DNA of 63,932 nucleotides, the filler included, from Octopus bimaculoides (Eukaryota): NCBI RefSeq assembly GCF_001194135.2. It is 5 parts of 4 records of this genome, joined end to end, with 100 filler letters (N's around TTAATTAATTAA, not from the genome) between each part and the next. Parts side by side here need not be neighbours in the genome. Positions count along the whole stretch, not along the records: positions 35,512 to 44,189 come from NC_068996.1; positions 44,290 to 62,760 come from NC_068985.1; 3 more parts are not named here. One strand, given 5' to 3'. The first letter of the stretch is position 1, and every line of letters starts with the position of its first letter. Below, one piece after another: positions 41,853 through 54,484 of the stretch. The position numbers and the translations under genes are program-made. Below the pieces are notes generated by a model. It saw nothing but the letters and a program-made list of their open reading frames with translations. It was not told the origin of the DNA and did no database searches.

Positions 41853-42639
41853 CTAAAAGAAATCTGCCCAAAAAACGATTGAACCAAATTTTTCTATCTT
41901 AAATCTAATGATATTAAGATTTAAAACTTTGATACAAAAATTATTTCTATTGATAAGAAACAGGATTGGTGTTGAGTCAGTACATCATCATCATCATTTA
42001 ACGTCTGTTTTCCATACTGGTATGGGTTAGTGGTTTCCAAAGTGTGCAATATTGCCCCCCTGGGGGGGGAGGGAATTCCAAGGAAGCATTGAAGAAAAAT
42101 GGGGCAATAATGGGGTAGCAATTCATGTAAAAACAACAAAATAATGGGTTCATTAGGTTAAGCTTTATTTGTGAAATATAGTTGCTTTGAATTTGCTAAA
42201 GAAAGAGGTCTGTGTTTGTGATAGTTAGTTGGGGTGGTGGCAGTAGGAATGTGGCTTGGGTGTCAAGGGGGTGGCAGCCCAGGGTTAGATAGTTTGACTA
42301 GAGCTGGCAAGCCGGAGGGCTGCTCTGGGCTCCAGTTGTTTACTTTGGCATGGTTTCTATGACTGGATGCCCTTTCTCACACCAACCACTTCATAGAGTG
42401 TACTGGATGCTTTTTATGTGGCACCAGCTCACTCCTAAATGAAAGTGTTGATCTGCATATGAATAATTTATTTTACTTTATAGATATACAGAGAAAGAAA
42501 TGCTTTTCTAGTCTTGAAATACATGAAAATACTATATTCCCATCATACAAATACACAGAAATAAACACAGTCTACAAGGATGTTTTTTTTTTATTTACAA
42601 TGTGTATTAATTACATTTATATGAAATCTGAAGACTTCA

Positions 42640-43460
42640 TCATCATCATCATCATCGTCGTTTAACGTCCGCTTTCCATGCTAGCATGGGTTGGACGATT
42701 TGACTGAGGACTGGTGAAACCGGATGGCAACACCAGGCTCCAATCTAATTTGGCAGAGTTTCTACAGCTGGATGCCCTTCCTAACGCCAACCACTCAGAG
42801 AGTGTAGTGGGTGCTTTTACGTGTCACCCGCACGAAAACGGCCACGCTCGAAATGGTGTCTNNNNNNNNNNNNNNNNNNNNNNNNNNNNNNNNNNNNNNN
42901 NNNNNNNNNNNNNNNNNNNNNNNNNNNNNNNNNNNNNNNNNNNNNNNNNNNNNNNNNNNNNNNNNNNNNNNNNNNNNNNNNNNNNNNNNNNNNNNNNNNN
43001 NNNNNNNNNNNNNNNNNNNNNNNNNNNNNNNNNNNNNNNNNNNNNNNNNNNNNNNNNNNNNNNNNNNNNNNNNNNNNNNNNNNNNNNNNNNNNNNNNNNN
43101 NNNNNNNNNNNNNNNNNNNNNNNNNNNNNNNNNNNNNNNNNNNNNNNNNNNNNNNNNNNNNNNNNNNNNNNNNNNNNNNNNNNNNNNNNNNNNNGCCACG
43201 CTCAAAATGGTGCATTTCATGTGCCACCCACACAAGAGCCAGTCCAGGGGCACTGGCAACGATCTTACTTGGCTTGCCGGGTCTTCTCACGCACAGCACA
43301 TTTCCAAAGGTCTCGGTCAGTAGTCATCGCCTCGGTGAGGCCCAATGTACGAAGGTCTTGCCTCACCACCTCAGCCCAGGTCTTGCCTCACCACCTCAGC
43401 CCAGGTCTTCCTGGGCCTACCTCTTCCACGGGTTCCCTCAACTGTTAGGGTGTGGCACTT
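42640..43460 (-). mobile_element. RTE-like LINE 3' end with CAT/GAT tail
   Basis: (CAT)n tail then CGTTTAACGTCCGCTTTCCATGCT.. and minus-strand GRPRKTW..VVRQDLR. Shorter relatives at 38400-38690, 39420-39560 and 42310-42430. Confidence 0.7.
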
Positions 43461-43651
43461 TTTCACTTGAGTGTTTAAATTTTAAATGTCTTAAAACATG
43501 GACATAATTAAAATAATCTGACTTGTAAAGCATTCATTGTTTTATTTACTGTTTGTATAAATAATTTTTTTTTAGAACCTTCAATTATGGTTATACTTAA
43601 TGCTTAAAATATTTTTACTTTATCCTTTTTGTTTTTCCTCTCCTATTCCAG

Positions 43652-43762
43652 ATCGCCATTTTGAAATAACATTTAAGACTGCTGATGATTCAAGTTTAGC
43701 ATTAACAAAGTATGGTGAATTCTTATATGATAACTTGATTATTTTTTCTCCTTCTGTAGAAG
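43652..43762 (+). CDS. DDOST: Internal exon of dolichyl-diphosphooligosaccharide-protein glycosyltransferase 48 kDa subunit (OST48)
   Basis: Polypyrimidine tract plus CCAG acceptor, GAAG|GTAAGT donor, 111 bp, phase 1-1. Translates (D)[36 protein letters not shown], near identical to vertebrate [41 protein letters not shown] as recalled. Confidence 0.95.
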
Positions 43763-45156
43763 GTAAGTTTTCATTTTAATAAATCAATCATTTTGTTACT
43801 ATTACTACTGATATGTAATACTTAGATTTAATATTGTTCATTTTTTGAAAGCTTTGAACAAAACTTCCTTTTTAAAGAAGATACAAAAAAAGTTTGTTAT
43901 AATTAGGTGTGCGTATGTTATAAGCATTGCATTTTTAGTTTTTTCCCCATCCTAATTCTTTAGATTATGTAGTGAAATGCTGGAATGAAGGTAGCATTTA
44001 TTAAGGTTGTAATTTCTTTTGTTTGATATTCGAATTCTCATAGTTGGACTTTGGATTTTAGATTATGAACTGTTAAAAGAAAGGTTTTATATTAATTTTG
44101 GATTTTAGATTATGAACTGTTAAAAGAAAGGTTTTATATTAATTTTGGATTTTAGATTATGAACTGTTAAAAGAAAGGTTTTATATTAANNNNNNNNNNN
44201 NNNNNNNNNNNNNNNNNNNNNNNNNNNNNNNNNTTAATTAATTAANNNNNNNNNNNNNNNNNNNNNNNNNNNNNNNNNNNNNNNNNNNNTGTACACACAC
44301 ACATACATATATACGTACCTTATGGAAAGATGCATGTACGTATGCAAAAAGGTAAAATATATACACACAAACATCTAAACGTGTATATTGTGTGTGAGTG
44401 TATGTACGCATGCATGCACTTCTCTATCTACCCCATTACGCGTTTGTATGTATGTTCTTACATATCTATGCATGTCATATACATTTGTATGTATGTATGT
44501 GCGTGTGCGTAGATGTACTCAGCTATAATATCGACCTCAAAGCTTAATTGAAAATTATCTGAGAGTCCAATAATCAATAGATAATCAATAACAATATTGA
44601 CAGCAATGGTGATGGGTTGATTTACCAAGATATATTTAACTTTCAAAGAATCTAACCCCTACAAGAATATAAAAGAACATAACACAAACAGAAGGTGTTA
44701 TATTAGATTTATTATCATTATTTTTGTTAGTTTTTTTTTATGAGAGTAATTATGTAAGTTTATTAATATCTTCCTACTCTTCCGCACCATCGTCACCCTT
44801 ATCATCGTCATTATCATCATCATCATTATCATCATCGTCATTATCATCATCGTCATTATTTTCATAATCATTATCACCATGTTGATATCAATTTTTTCAT
44901 GCTGCTATGTGTTCACCATATCTACTGCTTGGAAATTTCGTTCATTGATAGGTGAGGGATGCGAGGTGAAGGAGTGAGGGGTAAAAATAGGGTGGTGAAG
45001 CTGAGGGTGTTAAAGGCGAAGATTAGGGTGTAAAAGGTTAGGGTGAGGGTGAGAACTGGTGATTGATAAAACAGATACCGGTAATACTTTGAGATTACTT
45101 GAATACAGTATACCCCTTCTTTATAAATAAATTTTTGGCTTTCTGTCAATATGAGA

Positions 45157-45247
<91 letters not shown>

Positions 45248-45682
45248 NNNNNNNNNNNNNNNNNNNNNNNNNNNNNNNNNNNNNNNNNNNNNNNNNNNNN
45301 NNNNNNNNNNNNNNNNNNNNNNNNNNNNNNNNNNNNNNNNNNNNNNNNNNNNNNNNNNNNNNNNNNNNNNNNNNNNNNNNNNNNNNNNNNNNNNNNNNNN
45401 NNNNNNNNNNNNNNNNNNNNNNNNNNNNNNNNNNNNNNNNNNNNNNNNNNNNNNNNNNNNNNNNNNNNNNNNNNNNNNNNNNNNNNNNNNNNNNNNNNNN
45501 NNNNNNNNNNNNNNNNNNNNNNNNNNNNNNNNNNNNNNNNNNNNNNNNNNNNNNNNNNNNNNNNNNNNNNNNNNNNNNNNNNNNNNNNNNNNNNNNNNNN
45601 NNNNNNNNNNNNNNNNNNNNNNNNNNNNNNNNNNNNNNNNNNNNNNNNNNNNNNNNNNNNNNNNNNNNNNNNNNNNNNNNNN

Positions 45683-45749
<67 letters not shown>

Positions 45750-46560
45750 GTAGAAAAATTCAAAGAGAAAAAGAAGAACAGCAGAACAAACAAGTAGAAA
45801 GAAACGGACCTACATGGCCAATTCATACAACAAATCGAGAATATTGGAAGTAAAGATCGCCGGGTCTGTTTGACGGACTGGAACTTGATACAAGAGACCG
45901 TCACGTTAATTTTAGCTGCTCAGGAACAAGCTACAAGAACAAATCTGATAGCGGTAAAGATCAGCAAAACTCAGTCAGACAGCAAACGTAGAATCCGCAG
46001 GAAAAGAGACGAAAGTATCAATCGTTTTTTGAGCAGTATACAAAAGGTATATAAGCGCACAAAAGGAGTATAAACGCAGGCTTGACTATGTAGACAAAAG
46101 AGTATATTGGGATGTTAATTCAGCATGTATTTCAAAATGACAGAAAAGTGATACGAACATGAACTAGAGGCTGTGATAGAAGATAGGAATCACAGTAACT
46201 TGTGGTTCTTACCCATAAAAATTTACCATACTGTTGAAGTAAAAGGACCAGATATGGTTATAGAGGGCAAAATAAACAGTTTAAGATCATGAATTTTATA
46301 ATTCTCTATGATAACAGAATCAATACCAAACAAATTGAAAAAAATTTGAGAAATATCAGGATCTGAGCAAAGAAATGAGGAAACTAGTAGACTAAGACAA
46401 CAGTTATGCCTGTGAGGATTGGTGCACTTGGAAACAAGACTTGAATGCTAACTAAAATACTGTAAGAGATTGAAATTGTAACTGGCATTGTCGATTCGCC
46501 GAAAAGTATCATCCTATAACTCCAAGGAAGATTCTTGAAATTTGAGACTTGTTGTCACCA
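45750..46560 (+). mobile_element. R4/Dong-like 3' fragment after an (AAT)n array
   Basis: LHGQFIQQI..QETVTLILAAQEQATRTN..SKTQSDSKRR, then decayed REL region. Confidence 0.75.
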
Positions 46561-46812
46561 AACCTCTATTGGATAACAATGTCTCTTTTACTCTTTTACT
46601 TGTTTCAGTCATTTGACTCTGGTCATGATGGAGCACCGCCTTTAGTCGAGCAAATCGACCCCAGGACTTATTCTTTGTAAGCCTAGTACTTATTCTATCG
46701 GTCTCTTTTGCCGAACCGCTAAGCTACGGGGACGTAAACACACCAGCATCGGTTGTCAAGTGATGTTGGGGTGGGTCGACAAACACAGACACACAAACAT
46801 ATACACACACAC

Positions 46813-46843
<31 letters not shown>

Positions 46844-47805
46844 NNNNNNNNNNNNNNNNNNNNNNNNNNNNNNNNNNNNNNNNNNNNNNNNNNNNNNNNN
46901 NNNNNNNNNNNNNNNNNNNNNNNNNNNNNNNNNNNNNNNNNNNNNNNNNNNNNNNNNNNNNNNNNNNNNNNNNNNNNNNNNNNNNNNNNNNNNNNNNNNN
47001 NNNNNNNNNNNNNNNNNNNNNNNNNNNNNNNNNNNNNNNNNNNNNNNNNNNNNNNNNNNNNNNNNNNNNNNNNNNNNNNNNNNNNNNNNNNNNNNNNNNN
47101 NNNNNNNNNNNNNNNNNNNNNNNNNNNNNNNNNNNNNNNNNNNNNNNNNNNNNNNNNNNNNNNNNNNNNNNNNNNNNNNNNNNNNNNNNNNNNNNNNNNN
47201 NNNNNNNNNNNNNNNNNNNNNNNNNNNNNNNNNNNNNNNNNNNNNNNNNNNNNNNNNNNNNNNNNNNNNNNNNNNNNNNNNNNNNNNNNNNNNNNNNNNN
47301 NNNNNNNNNNNNNNNNNNNNNNNNNNNNNNNNNNNNNNNNNNNNNNNNNNNNNNNNNNNNNNNNNNNNNNNNNNNNNNNNNNNNNNNNNNNNNNNNNNNN
47401 NNNNNNNNNNNNNNNNNNNNNNNNNNNNNNNNNNNNNNNNNNNNNNNNNNNNNNNNNNNNNNNNNNNNNNNNNNNNNNNNNNNNNNNNNNNNNNNNNNNN
47501 NNNNNNNNNNNNNNNNNNNNNNNNNNNNNNNNNNNNNNNNNNNNNNNNNNNNNNNNNNNNNNNNNNNNNNNNNNNGCCTTAGGTATAATAAAAAAAATAT
47601 TCAGACAAATACATAACAAAAACACCAGGACTTACAAATATATATAACATACAGAAAATTGCACTACTGGGTACTGCACACATTCTACGCAAAACACTTT
47701 CAATACAGTAAACATAAGAGCACCACAGCAAACCACAGCACATACCCAAGGCGCACAGAGCTGCGCTCGGTAGTGAAGTGAAAGAACGTTATAAAAATAA
47801 AACTA

Positions 47806-47855
<50 letters not shown>

Positions 47856-48074
47856 TAATAATCCTTTCTATTGTAGGTACAAGGTCTGAAATTTGGGGTG
47901 AGGGGACAAGTTGATTACATCAACCCCAGTCTTTCACTGGTACTTAATTTATCGACCCCGAAAGGATGAAAGGCAAAGTCGATCTCGGAGGAATTTGCAC
48001 TCAGAACGTGAAGACGGGCGAAATGCCGCTAAGCATTTTTCCCGGTGCACTAACGGTTCTGTCAGCTAACCATC

Positions 48075-48211
<137 letters not shown>

Positions 48212-48704
48212 TGTTATTATTATTATCATGATAATAACTAGCTGGACCCGTGAAAAATTCATGGAAAATATAAAAAACATAAGCATCTATAAATTGTGTG
48301 CTGGTTCTATGAGAAATGTTTCTATATTGTGACAGTTACAGAATATAGAAAGAAGTGCAGAACCAATAACTATATAATCCAACTAAAATATCTCAGTAAC
48401 GCAAACGTAAACGGAATTACTATTTAGCCTTAAACTACATCGTACATATTCAAAGAACCTTCTTGGTTTAATGGTACGGAATGTTCTGGTATTCTTTTGT
48501 TCTTTTACTTGTTTCAGTCATTTGATGGTGGCCATGCTGGACCACCACCCTTTAGTCCAAGAAATCGACTCCTGGACTTATTCCCTGTAAGCCTAGTGTT
48601 TATTCTATCAGTTTCTTCTGCCGAGCAGCTAAGTGACGGGACGCAAACACATCAACATCGGTTGTCAAACAATGGTAGTAGAAGAACAAACACGGACACA
48701 TAAA

Positions 48705-48740
<36 letters not shown>

Positions 48741-48744
<4 letters not shown>

Positions 48745-49180
48745 GGTGCGTAAGGTATTTGAGGACATACCTTCTTTGGGTCATTGTTGCATTTTTGCTA
48801 ACTCTGTATAATCTTCGTTTTAGATAATAATAATAATGGCAGATCTTCAGCTTACTCAAGATATGAAGATGCATGCTGTTATTGTGATTATAAAAGCTGA
48901 GCATAGCGATTTGGAAATATCTCGATTTTTAAAAAATTGCCAGATGTTTCGTCTACAAAGTTTGTAAGGAGCTAGAGACTGAAGCTGGAAACGTATCACC
49001 AGTATCAAAGCATAAAAAGCATTCAAAACGCTCTGAAATCATCACAACACCTGAATTTATCCAGTAAGAAAGTCCATGGAGTCAATTGCAAAAGATCTCC
49101 ATGTGTCAGAAGGAACAGTCAGAAATGTTGTCCACGAAGACATCAAATATAAGTCTTATATGATGACAAAAGGTCAATTT
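48741..49180 (+). mobile_element. maT/DD37D-like Tc1-mariner left end and N-terminal HTH fragment
   Basis: TA|CAGGGTG terminus. Reads HAVIVIIKAEHSDLEISRFLKIARCFVYKV..KSMESIAKDLHVSEGTVRNVVHEDIKYKSY. The catalytic domain is absent, so the family call is inferred. Confidence 0.65.
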
Positions 49181-50250
49181 TCAATGAGCTGTGGGCTTAC
49201 TTGTAAAGTAGCCCTTTGTTGACAGATTTGTTTTTTTTTATTAAATCTGCAGCACCTTGTAGCATGTCTGTACTAGAATTAGTTTAATACATACATTTTA
49301 AATCTCAAAGTAGGCTCAAACGATACAGTAAGCTTTCAGCTCTATTCAGTCTGTGATTAGCCGAATAAACAGGTTCCTTCTACTACGTCCGATTGTCACT
49401 TATATAAATGTGGTTGCAGCCATGTTTAATTGAGTTCCTTCACCTCGTTTCTCTAAGGGCTCCCGGCTTGTAGTTTGGTTCTATCGCATTTGCGTTGGTG
49501 TCTCTCACAAAAGAACAATTTTTCGTCCACGTTCGCCAGCAGTATCGACCAAACTCAATGTCGTTATCCCTCGTGTTTTCTAGAAACATTTCTATCAAGT
49601 CTCTTTCTATACACATAAAGTACATCTAATGTCTTCACACGTTCATTCACCGCTATCACACTATAGACGCCCCTATAAACCACAACTTACTTCTTTACAG
49701 AAATCTTATACAAGACATTTACATTGCACGTAACCCACTGCTGTGAATAAACTTTGCTATTGAACAAGTTGAGTTCTGTCCGTCTGTCTCTGTATACCAA
49801 TTACTATTGAACGAACACACAGACACAGTTATAAGTGAGCTACCACTGCCGACGTCGTCACTTCAACTAGACTGTGAACATTCCATTGTGTTATACCAAC
49901 TACCTTTGAGGTAGTGACTAACTCACTATAACGTTTTCAATTGGTATTTTTGTCCACCATAGAAATCTGGATCTTATTTATTTCTTTCTCGAAGAATTAT
50001 GTCTTTGTGGTATTGTTACTGCTACTGTTTTAGGCGTTATGGTAGTAGTGGAAGTGGTGGTAGTGATAGAGTTAGTAGCAATATTCGTTGTCGTAGTGGT
50101 GTTGTTTCTCACTCTTGGCTTTTGTTGCGGCAGTAGTAGTGATGATGTTATTTGCTTTGTTGTCACCCACTATTTTGCATACTTCCTTTGTTATTGCTGC
50201 TGCTGTTACCCAATATTGGTCTCAATAGTGGTAGCCTTTTCGTCTTTGTA

Positions 50251-51822
50251 CAATACCGTGCAAAAGTCTTCGGCCACTTTAAACTATTGTAGATTCTACT
50301 AACTGCCAACTTATAAGTGGATATTTCGCATTGCGTTTTTTACAGATAAAACATTGGCCGTGTTGGAGTCATTTTCATACCTAATCATTAAACTTTGTTG
50401 TAGGGATTCTGAATGAGAGGGGAAGATAGATGCAAGACGACCACCAAAAATGACCGTGCAAAAGCTTTCGACCACCTCACATAAACCAATCAAGATACAA
50501 TGTTTTAAAACATAAAAATATCTATAATGAAAATTTATAACATATTGTTCATTTCAAGAAGTTACTGTACATTGTTATTATTTCGTGTAGCATCCCTTAG
50601 CTTGAAGATTTGCTTCAATGCACCTGGGAAGAGATATGTACAAGTCCTTCACCATCTTCACAGGTATGAGATGCCATTCTCTGTGGATGAGCTCCCACAA
50701 CTCTTCAAGATTGCGTGGATTCTTCTGACGATTTCTTCTCTTTAGTTCTGTCCACATTTGCTCGATGATATTTAAGCCAAGGCTCTGAGCTGGCCAATCT
50801 TTCAATACAGTAACACCTTCATCAGCCAAACTTTATTGTGTTGCACGCTATCTGTGGCATGCAACTCCATCATACTGAAAAATCTCACCTTCATCCAAGA
50901 CTGGTATCAAATTGTCCTTCAGCAACTGGATGTATTTGGCACTATTCAAGTTACAGTCAATTTTAACCAACTTTCTTGAACCATCAATTTCCATGTATCC
51001 CCAAAGCATCAGAATCTTTCCCTCAAATGTCACTGTTTTCGTCGTGTAACGTGGGTCGTTTTGATTTCCTGGAGGCCTTCTGATAAATTCTCGCTTATTA
51101 GATAGTTGGTTAAAATTGACTGTAACTTTAATAGTGTCAAATACATCTAGTTGCTGAAGGACAATTTGATACCAGACTTGGATGAAGGTGAGATTTTTCA
51201 GCATGACGGAGCTCCATACCACAGATCGCGTGCAACACAATAAAGTTTGGCTGATGAAGGTGTTACCGTATTGAAAGATTGGCCAGCTCAGAGCTCTGAC
51301 TTAAATATCATCGATCAAATGTGGACAGAACTAAAAATAAAAGTTCGTCATAAGAATCTACACAGTCTTAAAGAGTTGTGGGAACTCATCCACAGAGAAT
51401 GGCATCTCATACCCGTGAAGATGATGAAGGATTTGTACACAACTCTTCCCAGGCGCATTGAAGCAATTATTCAAGCTAAGGGAAGCCACACGAAATATTA
51501 ACAATGTACAGTAACTTCTTGAAATGAACATTATGTTATAGATTTGCATTATAGACATTTTTCTGTTTTTAAACACTGTATCTTGATTAGTTTATGTGAG
51601 GTGGCCGAAAGCTTTTGCACGGTCATTTTTGGTGGTCATCTCGCATCTTCTCATCTCATTCAGAACCTCTTCTACAAAATATAATGATTAGGTATGAAAA
51701 TGATTCCAACAGGGCCAACGTTTCAGCTGTAAAAAACGCAATGCTAGGCATCCACTCGGAAGTTGGCAATTAGTAAAAATTTACAATAGTCTAAAGTAGC
51801 CAAAGACCTTTGGACGGTACTG
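50251..51822. mobile_element. Tc1-like foldback element made of two inverted right halves (DD35E spacing)
   Basis: TA flanks at 50249-50250 and 51823-51824, termini CA(A/G)TACCGT, and inverted arms of about 720 bp each carrying the transposase C-terminus (WPAQS..LNII(E/D)QMW). Confidence 0.92.
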
Positions 51823-53586
51823 TACATCGAGGAAGAGAAAAAAATCTTCATTCATTAACGAACTGAAGAGGAAAGTTTTTAGAGGTATGTTGTACCCTTC
51901 TTTCAAAATCATTTCTCACTTCTTCCAGAAGCCGTTTGTCTTGTGGTGACTGTGATGGTGATATTTGTGATGATAATGACGACGACGACGACGGTGATGA
52001 TGATGAAAGAGTAAGACACTGGGTTATCTGTGTAGTTGTGTGGTGTATGTCAAACATCTTCAGACTATCTTTCCGTTTACTATAGAGGTCATTAGTTTCC
52101 AGGAAAAAATACTCTAATGTGAGTGTGCAAATAAAGAAATTAAATTTTGAAAAACTGATAAGTCTTTGAAGTTGGATATAGTTTCTCACTGGTATTCGTC
52201 TCAAAGCGACGAAGTGACAACTGGCACATGGCACAAATTCTGGAGCATGTGACACCATTATTTTGAATATATGTAATTTTAATTTTTCATCGTTTTCGTT
52301 TTTCGTTTTTCGTTTTTAATATTTTCTTTTTCTATTGAACCTTTGTGTTTCAAAGCTTATCGCATTTTAATTTATAATTTTTTAAAATTCGAAATAAAAG
52401 CAGGTAATCGGCTTTTGGATTGTATATTCCATTAAACTTATTAAAAACATACTGATTTACATATGTGCCTAACTAAATCTTGAAACAAAGGAAATAAACA
52501 ATCTCAAAGAACCAAAAATATTAAATTCTTCATAGCTGTCAAATGCATATGCTTTATTGGAGATGAAAACAAGAGATTCATTACGGCACATGTGTTCTTA
52601 TCAAATCATATTATTTTAATTAACGATCTGCTGACATTAATTACTAACTTACAATATAAACCATCTATCATGTATAGCTGTATGGTTAGGAAGTTTGGCA
52701 TTCAACCATATTGTTTGGGATTCGCTTCTATTGTGCAACACCATAGTTTTGAGTTGATCAATACCTTTGAGTGGTGGAATTTGGGAGATAAAAATTGTGT
52801 GAAAGCTCTTTGCTTATATGTATGTATCTTCTCTTCTGTTTTGAATTTTTCAAATTCTTTCTCCGAAGAAAGAGCTAGTTTCTAAAAAAGATACAAAGCT
52901 CCATAGCTGGAATGTAGATAGCACAAACAATGTCATATTTTAAACTTGAGAAAAGTCTTGCATATTTTTACTATTCCACTTACAGACTGTATTTGTAATG
53001 TGCGAGTTAGTTGGTTGATTTCTTTTTCTGAAAACCTTAGCTTTAGACATTTACGCACAAAACCAAGTGCTCCAGTTATTGTAGGTATGAATGTGAATTT
53101 ATAATTTAAATATAAAAGCTGGAAGTTTCCAAGCAGCTGTTTATACTTGTATTCTTTCTCTTTGATTTTTAAAGAGATATTCAAATCAGCAGGACAGCTG
53201 ACCTTTATGACGGTACATACATTTTCTTGTCTGTCTCAAGCAACAATATCCGGTCTGCTATGTTTACACGTGACAGATATTTAGATGGAAATGTTCTACC
53301 AGTATTCCTTGTGCAGGTGTTTGTATATATATATATTCAATAACAGAATGATTTTCGATATTTATTCCAGGGAAGTCTTGTTCCGAATGTTATTGTATAT
53401 TGTTTCTGCGACAACGTCGTGTTATTTATGGAGGTCGTACCTTAAGGACAGTTTTGATCAGCTTCTAATCACGTGTGTGATATCTTCTACAGAGATATGA
53501 AATAATCTACACTATCGATTGCATCTTGGAGCTCCAAGGGTTTCACTATCTTTTTTGTGTAATAGGTACTTGGTAGCAATCTCTTG

Positions 53587-54484
53587 GGATCTTTATGATT
53601 TGACGGCCAACACTTGTTTTCTTAACGAAACACTTTCAAACTTGGGACACTGATAGAATGTGTCATACAAAACAACTTTTTCTCTTAGCCTTCTTAACAA
53701 AAAAATTGTACATCGCAAGTTATTTCATGTTAAAGTTGTCGTATTTCTCTAATTTCAACCAATCACTGACGTCTATTCAGCTGAATACAGTTAGTGCTGA
53801 TCGGTGTCAAGTGTGTTATTCCCTGTTTAATTATATCATTATTCCCTAGTCAGGGTTTAGGGTTTTAGGGTTAGGGTTTTAGGGTTAGGGTTTTAGGGTT
53901 AGGGTTTTAGGGTTAGGGTTCGGGTTTTAGANNNNNNNNNNNNNNNNNNNNNNNNNNNNNNNNNNNNNNNNNNNNNNNNNNNNNNNNNNNNNNNNNNNNN
54001 NNNNNNNNNNNNNNNNNNNNNNNNNNNNNNNNNNNNNNNNNNNNNNNNNNNNNNNNNNNNNNNNNNNNNNNNNNNNNNNNNNNNNNNNNNNNNNNNNNNN
54101 NNNNNNNNNNNNNNNNNNNNNNNNNNNNNNNNNNNNNNNNNNNNNNNNNNNNNNNNNNNNNCCAATAACAAGTGCAGGCAATATTCAAGTATTTTGATGG
54201 CTTTTTCCCCTTTGTTTACGAACAGTCTAGTTAATCGGAAATGTCAGAACTAACGGGGATTAATACCATATACACCGTCACAGCACTAACTGTATTCAAC
54301 TGAATAGACGTCAGTGATTAGTTGAAATTATCGAAATAAGACAATTTTTAACGTGAAATAACTTCGGATACAAAAATTTTTATATGTTCTATACCACAAA
54401 ATATACAAGTATACGAAGTTTGAAAGTGTTTCGGTACCAAAAACACTGCATAAAAAAATGTTGGCCGTCAAACCCTAAAGATCC
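53587..54484. mobile_element. Longer relative of the 25796 MITE, opposite orientation, 8-bp TSD
   Basis: Termini GGATCTTTA..TTTGACGGCCAACA at both ends, TSD ATCTCTTG at 53579-53586 and 54485-54492, and arms homologous to 25796-26187. Confidence 0.85.
53853..53931 (+). repeat. Telomere-like array alternating TTAGGG and TTTTAGGG, running into a gap
   Basis: Directly visible 14-bp higher-order unit. Confidence 0.9.

Noticed and set aside
41268-41902. Mirror-image ORFs containing MRTQVRNFPKTPDEGWRVYQPKRC on both strands
   Set aside because: They are a by-product of the palindromic non-coding element.
44051-44189. Three perfect 47-bp tandem units, superficially CRISPR-like
   Set aside because: There are no spacers, the context is eukaryotic, and the array abuts a gap. 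It is a minisatellite or an assembly artefact.
53853-53931. True telomere or chromosome-fusion scar
   Set aside because: The array is enclosed by TIRs and an exact TSD, and the unit alternates with non-canonical TTTTAGGG.
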